A DNA stretch of 49,828 nt from Rotaria socialis (taxonomy: Eukaryota). The notes below the pieces were generated by a model. That model saw only the letters and a program-made list of their open reading frames with translations, did not search any database and had not been told where the DNA came from. A program made the translations under genes and the position numbers. Positions 1-11,147 of this stretch are shown in pieces; positions within the stretch are counted from its first letter, which is position 1; every line of letters begins with the position of its first letter. The stretch lies in assembly GCA_905331295.1 (NCBI GenBank), contig CAJNYD010000008.1:62001-111828 (forward strand), in the 5' to 3' direction.

Positions 1-1995
1 ATCTTAAAATTGATTCATGACTGCTCTTAGTTGAAAATTGGCATCCTGAACTCTATTGCTCTCATGAGCACATATCAAATGAATAATTTATACTTATTCA
101 ATAAATTAATGCTAATTTGTAAATTTCATCGTTATAAAACATTTGAAATATTATTTCGTCTAGTTTGGTCTGCAGACCATCCCGGGCTGAAAAAAGTTGT
201 CCTATTGGCAGCTCTGATTTATAACCATGGATCACAATTTTCTTTATGACGAAGAAAGGTTTTGAAATTCTGATTTTACATATAGAACGGCTTGTCCGAG
301 CGTAACGCGGTGACGTTTTCTTCACCATTTTTTAAAATTTTCTCAGCAATTAGATTACTTAGAATGTGTGTTCTTTCGTTGGAAGATGTCTCTGTCTTGT
401 TCAAAATATCTGAAAATATGAGCTCTGTTGTATGAGCCCTTCGAAAACTATAGCAACAATAGTTGAAAAAATGCTATTACGAAGAAAAGGAGTAGAGTTC
501 TGGGCGATGTGGCTGTTCTTAATTTTTCTGTGAATATTCTACAGCATCGAAAGGAACTTTCACTAGGTATTTTATACCCGACAGTCTGAGGTTTGCGATG
601 AACAAAAACATTTTCTCGCAGTCTTCTCATTTTAGCAAGAGACTTGCTTCATTAATGTAACGCGATGACGGTTTCGTTGCACGATGACGATGACTTTTGT
701 ACTGTAATTTTTTGCCGTGATTCTCTATTATAATACAATTCCGTTTGCCGGGCATTTGGTAACTAACATTATCGCGGTTATAAAATTTAATGATTAATTC
801 TTTTAATGCAGTCGATAATGATTGAAAACTAAGCTTTTCAAATTTACCAAATAATCACCCAGATTTATACGTTGTTGACTATTGATTGTTAAAGCGTTCT
901 AACTTTAATTTGTCACGATATTTATATGATGCCAGCTTTTGTCGAAGATGTAGTTTCTATAATGAAGCACTTATTAATTTTCTACGCATTTAAGGGTGTG
1001 GGTGTGCATGTAGATGTGTGGGGACGGGGATGGATGTCACTGTTCCTCCAGTCTGCATTCATATCTACACCCCAAATCCGTCTTTAGTTAAATCAAGAAG
1101 GTGCTCTACGATATTGATTCGATTCGTGATTTTATCAAAGTAATATAACCTTTTTGAAGTAATGATTATGACAGAAAATCAAAAATAAGCGGTTCTCGAA
1201 ACTCACACTCGATTGCAATTATACTAGGCTAATCTTAAATAAAATATCGATGTATAGGATATTAAAGCAGCAATACACCTCATTGTAACATTTTATATGC
1301 GAAGCGATTTTTTGTAAAAGAAGCCTATTTTATCTCACCCACATACTACTAAACTTTCCGGAAACGTCGAAATTCGTGTAACACCAGTTGAAAAATAGTT
1401 AATAGTACAAAACTTGAATTTGAAAAATTCTGTTATCCATATATACTTAAATTTTCAGTGGCTTAACATTTGAATAACTTGGTTCAGATCAATCATTAGC
1501 GGCTCATATTTTAGATTTGGTAGTTATTCATGGAAGGGGATAAATTCACCTGAATATAGTTCAGTAAATCCACTGACATGACAATCAGTTTCATTTGAAA
1601 TAATCAGTGTTTTTAAAAATCTTTGGAGTTTTTCTGGGTAACTGTAATTTTCATCCAGTGTGAAAAGTGCTAATAATAATAACCACTCTCTATTTAAAAA
1701 ACGTTGAGGTCAACTTTTGATTGCGACAACTCCAGAGAAATAAGACTTCTTCATCAAATAAGCACCTATCTCTGAGACAAAAATAATGTTTTTCTTAATA
1801 TCATTTGCAAAAAACGAGAAAACTAACACTTGGGCCTCATTACTCTATTAAAACTGTCATAGGCGAAATTCAACAATTTGCTGTACAGAATTTAAACATC
1901 TAGACTTTACAACTATATTTTTGACTGACTTACTCACGTGGCATTGTCATACATCATATTAAAACACAAATAATCTTCTTTATTATTATTTTCAG

Positions 1996-2818
1996 CGTCG
2001 ACTTTAGCTGTTTCGGTCTTACCGCATATGTGGACATATACAAATGAGCAAAGAACTTTACGTTTGCCCTTAAAAATAAATACAGTTGAATATAATACAA
2101 TCATTAACGAATTTAACAAAACAATGTTTGGTCAATATACGAGAATAAATCGAATTGAACGTATTCAAAATGAGCGATGGCATAAACAGTACATGCTTCA
2201 TCGAGCTGATTTTAAAAAAAGTCTGAAAATGAATACTGAGAAATTTCTTTATCATGGTTGCCCAGACGTGGCAACATCCAGTATTATTCAAGATTATTTC
2301 AATCGAAGTTTTGCTGGAAAAAACGGTAGGTAAAATTTAGCATTTGTTATACAATAGTAAAGTTGATCGATGAATACTTGTTCTAATGGAATGCAAGATT
2401 GCCCTAGACTTTGTGAAACACAAACCTCAAATAATTCTGTCGTAAAGCCATACAATTATTCACCGACTAGGATGGAAATATGCAAGAGACTGCTGGTGCG
2501 AGATTTTGATAGAATATTGTTTTCAATACTTCAACGTTTAATTTATAATCATGTCGCTTCATTGTTCTAGGTACGCTTTATGGGCATGGTGTTTATTTCT
2601 CGTCAAACGCACAATATAGTCATGCCTATGCAGTGCCTAATAAACATGGTGAGCGATGCATGTTTTTTGCACGCGTTCTAATTGGCCGTACAACTCTTGG
2701 AGATAATACAATGAAAGTTTGCCCAAAACAGTACCACACAACTACTGATGGCCAACATATCTACGTCACATATCATGATACTCAAGCGTACGGACAATAC
2801 TTGATATGTTATCAATAA
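1996..2818 (+). CDS. PARP catalytic-domain protein (mono-ADP-ribosyltransferase type), last two exons 1996-2325 and 2571-2818; 5' exons not identified
   Basis: Spliced translation gives IERIQN..W, LYHGC, FNRSFAGKNG|TLYGHGVYFS, MFFARVLIG and HIYVTYHDTQAYGQYLICY. These are PARP motifs with an H-Y-I triad. The intron is canonical GT-AG. Confidence 0.9.
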
Positions 2819-2932
2819 AAAAAGATATAGTACTCATTGCTGTCAGAAAACTACTTTGTTATGTTCATTCTCTCTTTTGTTCTCAATCGGTTGTGTGTGC
2901 TAAATAAGTACACTTTAAATAAAAATCGTTTT

Positions 2933-3043
2933 CCCAGGAACCTCGGAAAATAGGTTTCCAGGCTTTTTTATGCCTGAAAGGGTTTTCTGGCATATTTGGA
3001 AACCTTTAAAAGGTTCTTGGAAGGAAAATGGTAAAGGTGTGGG
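2933..3043. mobile_element. Short CCCAG...GGG element with internal AACC/GGTT motifs
   Basis: Starts cccagg, ends gtggg, and is followed by TA and a second CCCAGG element. Confidence 0.35.
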
Positions 3044-3045
3044 TA

Positions 3046-3412
3046 CCCAGGATAATCATTTTGTCAGTAGAATCCTATCGGATTCTGACAAGGGTCAGAC
3101 AGTGAAAATACCGAATACCATATGTTTCAATAAATCCGACGAAATCTTATGGGATTTCTGAACACGGATCTACAATAGGATCCTTGGCATTGGATCCAAT
3201 CGGCTTCGATGTCGGATTTTAGCGGAATCCAACTCTATCGAATCACCCTTGCACTCTGATGACTCAAAATGCTTATTTGATCATGAATAAGAAAACGATT
3301 TTTTCAGTCGGAACCAACAATAGGTCCGTGTCCAGGAATCCTATCGTATTCTGTCAGGGAGTCGGATCCCATAGGATTCGATAAGATCCGTTGTCAGATT
3401 TATTCACCTGGG
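3046..3412. mobile_element. Non-autonomous TIR element (CCCAGG...CCTGGG), GAATC/GGATC-rich
   Basis: Terminal cccagg/cctggg with dense gaatcc/ggattc/ggatcc motifs. It resembles 19806-20149 and 20440-20644. Confidence 0.65.
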
Positions 3413-3706
3413 AGCTGTTGTTTTCAATATGTTAGAGAAATAAATCACTATATAGATATCGATTTTCGATCAGTACAATTTTGTTTAATGACACTACTTT
3501 TAAATGATATTTTAGATGCAATTAGTATTGTGTTATATACAAAGGAAATGAATGATAACACTTCAGTGTATTTTTATTGGTGAATTTATTCGCTCAAAAA
3601 TGAAAATGATTTCGTTCACAAATATAATAGAAATCTGTTGATAGCTATAGACCTCTATCAGCAGTATGAAATTTTTACACATAACAGAGAATTGAAATGC
3701 ATTATA

Positions 3707-3880
3707 GACAGGGTTAACCCAATGGGTTTCCCACCGAGTTGGGTTGGCCTGCTCAACCCAACCCAATGACCCATTCGCTGAATTAAAAATAACAATTGGG
3801 TTGAAACCCACCCATTGCTCTATCAGCTGCTGTAGGGTCAACCCTCGGGTTGGGAAAAGTGATTTTTTCGGCATCTCTGG
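3707..3880. mobile_element. Degenerate DNA-transposon fragment with AACCC/GGGTT arrays
   Basis: GC-richer island with repeated aaccc/gggtt motifs, ending in ggcatctctg (a CAGAGATGCC-type, hAT-like terminus). Confidence 0.45.
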
Positions 3881-4084
3881 GTACAATAATTCGAGTTGAC
3901 ATAGTGTATATGAAAGAATAGGTTCAAAGCAAAAGCTAATACAAGTTTATTCTTTTTTGAAAATAACTGTAAATGTTTATAATCAAGTCGGTATGATGAT
4001 TAGAAGATGCTCTCATCTTAAAAATGAAACGGACAATAGTTTTTGTAGAAGTAAAGCAAAGTTTACTTCATTTATGATAATTTA

Positions 4085-7000
4085 TTAATTATCTCTGTTT
4101 GGACGGAACGGTACTGTTGTAGAACCAATTTGTGCAAAATCAATGACAATTTTTGGAATAACATCTTTCGGTATAGCAAACCAAATAAAATCTTTATATT
4201 TATCTGGAATATTTAATGGTGTATCTTTTAAAGAACAGATATTTTCATAAACATATTTTGGTATTTTGTTTGCGATCAGTCTAGCGTCCTCGATCGGATC
4301 ATCCGAAGATATATTAGTAATGAGAGGAGGCGTATCTGAATTCTATATGAGAAAATATCAATAAATTTAATGATAGCAGAACAAAGTTTAATTACGAAAA
4401 GTTTTACTTGTTGCTGTTCAAGATTTTCTTCCATTGTACCGGTTGTATAACTAATCATTCGTAGACTATGATATTGAGAGAGATTATTTTGCGATGATTT
4501 TGAACGAGCGCGCCATACTGCTGTTTCTGGATTATACGTATACTGAAGCAAGTGAAACAGTTAAATAGTTTCTATTAAATAGAAATTATTGAAAAAACAA
4601 AGAATTTTTACCAATGATAAAAATTTCCATCCATCAGTTGCGATAAATTCAACTGCATTTAAAATATAATCAACTTCTTTACCACTTGCAAAATATGATA
4701 AATTAAATCGAGTAAAACCAGGCTTCATTAGTTCAATTTTAGGTATTTCACCCAGTCCATCTCTGAAATTTAAATGAATCAATTCTAGTATTTATTTATG
4801 TATTACAATTTACTTTTCATTAGCTGTAATAAATTTTGCATAAATGCCAGCTGTTTCATCATTAATATTAAGCAGATCCTAGATAAATAAAAAAATGAAA
4901 ATAGAACAAGATAATTTTTATTCAAAATAAAAAAGTCTCATTTACTAAAACATAAGGCCCAGCACATGAACATCCTGATCGCACTTGAATACCAAATAAA
5001 TCATTCAATAAGACACAAATAAAATTGTGATGCAAGCATTTTTTAATAGATGGCACATAAATCAGAAATGAAAATATTCCTAGTCGAGCAACAGTTGATG
5101 GTCCAAGTACAAATAATGTAAGATGATTTCGAAAGCGTGCAAAGAATTTTTCAACTAATGCGTCTTCACGTGTTTCAATAGTGTGACAACCGACAGATTC
5201 TTTTAAATGAAAAACTAAACCAGCTCGAATAGAACCAAGAATATTGGGCGTTCCACCTTCTTCACGTGTTTCGATATCTTTTACATATTCAGTCTGTGTT
5301 CTAGTTACAAAATTTACTGTACCACCTCCACAATCAGATGGGACTTCATTGGTAAAAAGTTTTTTCTTAGCTATTAAAATACCTAAATGTAATCAGAAAG
5401 AAAAATCATTTTTTAAAGTAGATTCGATTCTTCTTCAATTGAAATTTAATATCAACCTGGTGCCCCTGGTCCACCAACAAACTTATGTGTAGAAATAAAA
5501 ACAGCATCTTTAGAAGCGATTTCGGATGGCTTCATATCAATTTTAACATAAGGTGCTGCTGCTGCATAATCCCAAAAAATCAAACCGCAATATTGATGAA
5601 CAAGTGTTGATATATTATCAACATCAGTTCGAATACCAGTTACATTACTCGCCGCATTAAAAGTACAAATAATACGTTTTTTACCTTCATCATGATACTT
5701 TTTCAATTGAGCCGTTAAGAAATTGTCATCCATCAGACCTTGCTTATTATTAGGAATGCGTATAACCTATAGAAAAATGTCATGATTTTCTAGATAAAAG
5801 GCATCAAACAAAATTTACTTCAACACCGGTTTCTTTCCATGGTAAAATATTTGAATGATGTTCAAAGGTACTAATAAATACAACATTTTTTCTTCGAACT
5901 GTTTCATCTTTCAGCTGTAAAGCATCAACAAGTTTATTGATAGCAGCTGTTCCTCCTATACAATTGTGGATTGTTTCTATTATTATCTAACTGAGAAATA
6001 CTTATTCATTCACCTGATCCAGTAAAAATGACTACATCATCATTGGTTGCATTCACACATCGTTTAATCAGCGTTCGTGATTCTTCACGATATTTCGTAG
6101 TTTGTAATGCACATGCATTATTTTCACGATGTGTGTTAGCATAACTAAAAATAACTGATATTATTTCTTCTTTTATAATGAAAACTATTCTTATACAAAG
6201 GTAGGACATTGGTCATCATGTAGTCTTCGATAAATCTTAGACCGCGTCCCGATGCTGTATAATCAGCATAAACAACTATAGGAGAGAAATTTTTTTATGA
6301 TAATGAGTTGATAGAAGCACTCTTACTTTTTCGGGATCCCCATGGAGTATTGATTCGATGATTGTTACCAATGACATTTGAACCAATATACGTATTGCAG
6401 AAGTTGTTGTTTACCTAAGTAATGTATAAAAAAAAAGTTTGTAGTTTTTTACTTACAAATTATTTTATAAAGTCAAAGATAAGTGAAAATGACGTCGACA
6501 AAAGTATGATTCTGTTTAATCAAATGCGTATAAAAACTACAAGTTCGTCTCAGAAATATGTGAATTGAATTTAAAAATTTTGAAATCCTCTTCTAACTAT
6601 GCTTATAAAAAGTCCTAAACTCCCCCGTCTTATGGTAGAAAAGTAAATTCTTTTGCATTCTCTATGCTTTTCATTTTTGCTGAGCAAGTGATTACTAGAT
6701 GTTAGAGTTTCAACAAAACTAACTCAAATCAACTTGTTGGATATCGGGAAAGATTGAAGATGTGGTTTCTGTATTTGATGCAGCAAGTTGATGCACTTGA
6801 TCATCAGAAGGTTCTATATTCAATGTTGCTGTAGTGTGATTGGAATCGTTTTCTGTTTCTGAATGACTTGATAGATTAAGGGAAGGATTCTGAAAGAGAC
6901 AAATGACTTTGAATAGAACCTATTAAGTTTTTGCTTACTTTTGCTTGTTGATCATGATTTTCAGAGCTTGTTTCTTGTTCTGTTGAATCCTCATTCGTTA

Positions 7001-7408
7001 ATCTATATCGGATTCCTACTTCCATTGAAATGGTTCGAAGTAAAGTGGGCGTCTTTGGTTTAACACTTTTAATTCGGCCTGCATCTATTAAAATGAAAAT
7101 TGATTTAAGAAAAACAAAAGAAAAAGATTTACCAGGATCCGTCAACAATGCTTCTGTAGCAAACTAATGAGAATAAAGAAAAAAAGGGAAATTTATTTGA
7201 TGTTTCCGTTCTATTCAATTTCTTCATTTAAATGTAAAACGCACTTACATTGACATCCCATTCGTACATTTTCAAAAACTCAATGACAACTTGTCGATCA
7301 TTACAGTTAGTTAATGACTAGAAATCAATAGAATAAAAATGAAGTTTACGATTTGAAATAAAATTTTACTTGAAAATATTCAATTGCCTGAGCTTGTGAA
7401 TATGCCAT
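4085..7408 (-). CDS. Aminotransferase class-V / cysteine desulfurase-like PLP enzyme with N-terminal UBA-like domain (multi-exon)
   Basis: Spliced motifs: VYADYTASGR, LPLYANTH, IFTGSG, FNAASNVTG, FWDYAAAAPY, STHKFVGGPG (PLP lysine), LNDLFGIQVRSGCSCAGPY, KPGFTRFNLSY. ATG at 7408 and stop at 4085. Confidence 0.9.
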
Positions 7409-7664
7409 TCATTCTGATTGAAACTAAACAGAGAAATAGTTTGTTTTACATATACTTGCACATATATATTTTCATTGTGAAAAATGGAATGTCCAGTAAT
7501 AAAATATCTGATCCACATCCAGTAACATAAAAAGAATTTTAGACCGGATGTGGGTGTGTGGGTAGGTGATTATACAATACTTACGACCCACATCCCACAC
7601 TCGACTTGATGTCTTCGGTGGATTTCTTAAGAAACTGAATTAATCACTACAGTACATACGGCAT

Positions 7665-8415
7665 CCCACGTAATCATGAAACGCATTTTAGACGCAGCCA
7701 GACGCGCCTATGTTGCAAATCTTCTACGTTTCTATACGTTTTTATAAGGAGGCATGACGCAAACGCATCTATATGCACTAATCACTGAGTTACACAAACG
7801 CATTTAGAGAACATTTGTAGTTTTGGAGTATATTTTTAAACTAAACGGATAGAAACGTATTTAACCTGTTATTATGAAACGCGTTGAGACGCACTCATAA
7901 TTAAAAATGGTTCTTTATGATACATATTTGAGCGAGATAATTTTTCACAAATATCTCTTTACGTTTTTAATTGATAATGATTATCTTATTTTCGTTATTT
8001 CAGTGTGCAGCAGTTCAGAATCATTTACAAACTGATTTAAGTTTACAATAAGGACCTGTTTAGTAGATGCTATACGAAAATCTATCTGTTTTTATTGAAA
8101 ATAGAACAACTCAATGATATTCTTTATATCACCCATGTATCCATGCTTAAAATCTGAGAGAATTCGTGAATGTCTACAAGCTAAGCAACAGGATGTATTT
8201 GACCGCATCAAAAATACAAAATTTTCAAAGCTCTGGACGCGTTTGGAACGAATAGATGCAACTTCCTACATTCCAATTCTACAGCACGCAAATGGATTCA
8301 TATCAAAAGATGCCGTTTGAATGCGTGTGGAAATCAAAACGCATGTAAACTTGTTCCTGTTGAAAACGCATTGATATATATTTCTCGCTTTCCTAGCTAT
8401 AATACTGTTACGGGG
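7665..8415. mobile_element. Non-autonomous TIR element rich in AAACGC/GACGC motifs
   Basis: Imperfect TIR cccacgtaatca ... tgttacgggg|ta, with many aaacgcat/gacgc motifs inside. Confidence 0.55.
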
Positions 8416-8465
8416 TAAACGCATTTACTTTAGTCTCAAAAAAAGTCAGAAAATAATCATCATTC

Positions 8466-8611
8466 CTCCTTCGCGGATCGTTACCTTGCCGTGGTGAAGG
8501 GGCTTGCGTATCTCGGTGACGATGTGAACTAAACCGTGGGGAGTGCTCACTCCCGGCAGGGTCATTCATGACGGACAGGACACAACCGAGAGATCAGACT
8601 GAATACGATCC
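8466..8611 (+). ncRNA. HDV-like self-cleaving ribozyme (predicted)
   Basis: P1 8466-72/8496-8502; P2 8475-81/8605-11; P3 8483-85/8493-95; L3 TTGCCGT; P1.1 G8488-C8503; P4 8511-17/8585-91; J4/2 CTGA (CNRA) at 8599. Confidence 0.75.
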
Positions 8612-8780
8612 ACTGGAGAAGGAAATGGCAACCAACTCCAGTATCATGGCAAGAAAACCAAATGGGCAATTACAACCAGGATGATCTCAACATAGTACTG
8701 AAAGATGAGACCCTCAGGTTGGAAAGTACTCGACCAGCTACTGCGGAAGAGCAAAGAACAAGCAGCAGTGGGCAATGAAT
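8466..8780 (+). mobile_element. 5' end/UTR of RTE-clade (BovB-like) non-LTR retrotransposon, no ORF
   Basis: Segments ccttgccgtggtgaaggggcttgcg, tccactggagaaggaaatggcaaccaactccagtat and gaaagatgagaccctcaggttggaa...gctactgcggaagagc match recalled RTE/BovB 5' sequence. Confidence 0.8.
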
Positions 8781-9031
8781 CGATCGGTGAGATAAATGTC
8801 CATTTCAAGCGGAAAAATGCCGTTCAGGTCAAAAATGAATTCTTTTCCCGTTCTGTCTATAACAGAAGACACCCTATGTAAGTATAAGTCAGCGTGTGTA
8901 CACTAAATATATATCGAGTACGTTTGTCGTCACTGTTCAGAAAAGATATCCGTGCATATACAACATATTCCATGCTATACACAACTTTACAAACACCAAA
9001 TATGAGTAGTTTTCATTTTCATTTTCACTTT

Positions 9032-9131
9032 NNNNNNNNNNNNNNNNNNNNNNNNNNNNNNNNNNNNNNNNNNNNNNNNNNNNNNNNNNNNNNNNNNNNN
9101 NNNNNNNNNNNNNNNNNNNNNNNNNNNNNNN
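9032..9131. other. Assembly gap (100 N)
   Basis: Run of 100 N. Confidence 1.
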
Positions 9132-9270
9132 TTTGCGCCGTCTCTGATGCTAGATAATGATATTATAAATCAAGGATGTTCTTTTTGACATATACTGGCT
9201 GCCAGAAAAAATACTTTCTGCCAAAATTTAGCCCGCGCACTTCGAAAAGTAATCGGGAACCATGTCTGTA

Positions 9271-9360
9271 ATAATAAAAATATATAATACTATCGTAACT
9301 ATGGGCTATAATAATAAAATTATACGATACTGTCATACCTATGGGCTATAATAATAAAAA
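9271..9360. repeat. 40-bp tandem repeat, ~2.25 copies
   Basis: ataataaaa...ctatgggctata recurs with a period of exactly 40. Confidence 0.85.
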
Positions 9361-11147
9361 TGGCAGATTTTGATGATTAATTCGAGATTAAATCCTAATT
9401 ATAATAATTTCTAATTATTTGAAACTAGATTTTTATTACTGATGTGAGTGAGTAGTGGTGAACATAGGCAATCCATCTGTACCAAAAGACTTTCTAATTA
9501 GTGCGTCTAAGTGTTAGATTTTTTATATTTTATGTCTGTAATGGGGAGGAGGGGTGGGGTGGGGTTCAGGGGAGTCGCAAAAACCTAACAATTCAACTTA
9601 CACTCACTATCTTCTTTGCAAATATATGTGAGTTCCACAAAACAGAAGACAGAATAAAGAAAGAATTCAGAAAAAACGTTTCTACCTCGCAACAAAGATG
9701 TAACTAATTTTGTCAGGCTAGTGATTATTCATATTTATGAGATACTCATTAGTACAGGTTTCATCCTAGGAAAATTGTAATCATCATAAAGAAAATAATG
9801 GATTAAATTTTGTTTTTTTTTGTAATCATATATACGGTTACGCTATGCTAAGAAACAACATCATAAGTCTATTTGGTGTAACAAGATGCCAAAGAGAAAT
9901 GTCATCATGCTTCTATTTTTTAAAGTTAGACGCTCGGTGTGTAATATTCAGAAAAAATAACTAATTTGAATCTATTCATGCATCCCCAATAAAGTATATT
10001 ATTTTTTATTTAATTAATAAAACGCTTAAAATAAAATGTTTCCTGACATTGAAAATTTATAATATTAGTAGATATTAGAAAATTCTTTATGAATTTCATT
10101 TGAAATAGTACGAAGATGTTGACATTTGAAAAATAATCCAAATAATTAATAAAGCCCATAGATAAATGGTAAAATTAAAAAGATATTTAAATTTCGTTTC
10201 ATTTGAATTGTCTTCTGTTTTACTTGATACTATTGAACAATCATTTAATATTGAGCTATCCTGAAAAATAAAAATAAATTCAAATCAAAAGAATTATAAG
10301 TTTATTTACGAAATCGGTGTCATCCTCATTATCGATACGATACAATTGTTCTAATGCAGTATGAAGCATATATTCTACATTACAATGATATGTGAGCCAT
10401 TGAATATCTTTCTCGGTCATTTACAACCAAGTTTCTAATAGAAAATTGCGCCAAAACTAATTAAGTACCTTCATTTCTAATGATCCATCATTTTCACGAT
10501 CACAATAAATCTAAAAGGAATGTATTCGTACGAGAGTTCGATTAAACACAGTCCATCACAAGATCTTGTCGATTCCTTTTTTATGATTAGCTCATCGAGC
10601 AGACACTAATGACTTTATCTTGTCTTAATTTGAATTGCCATGGCACATTACACATCGTACTAATTTTAAAAGAGGAAGTATGAAATTCAATTTAAATTCG
10701 CATTTTAACTGTCAGAAGTCTTTCACTTAATCGTTACTGAACAAAAAGTGAACAAAACCTGTCTTACAATTGGCAAGGATAAAAGTCAGATAGGGACACA
10801 GAATTTTCTCTACCAATCGGCCATCGACGGGCCACCATTGGGGCACGGTGGGGCAATTGTCCCACCCAAATAAGTTGATGATCATATCTTTTTATTTCTT
10901 TCGTCACTTTGTGAGAGTTAAAGTAATAAATATCCAATGAACAGGATGAGCACAATAAAAAGTTCTCAGCATGGTAATTGAAATATATGAAGAAAATGCA
11001 AGCCTATATTTTTTAATAGATGCTGTAGACATTTTAATAACTTTTGTCCCACCACAAAAAATTACCCTGGCCCGCCAATGCAATCGGCCCAAAAATTTTT
11101 TAAGAGTGCCACCATTGTTTGCGATTATAATCTATAGTATTTATATG

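Noticed and set aside
31..630. Short ORFs as a transposase remnant
   Set aside because: No recognisable DDE or other motif, so no call can be supported.
3254..3300. CTGATGA as a hammerhead ribozyme core
   Set aside because: No stem II closed directly by GAAA and no stems I/III; it lies inside a TIR element.
9271..9360. Repeat with regular spacing as a CRISPR array
   Set aside because: The whole 40-bp unit repeats with no unique spacers, no cas genes are present, and the context is eukaryotic.
10790..11120. GC-rich patch with repeated tgtcccacc and cattgg/ccaatg ends
   Set aside because: Probably a decayed hAT-like MITE, but boundaries and TSD could not be fixed.
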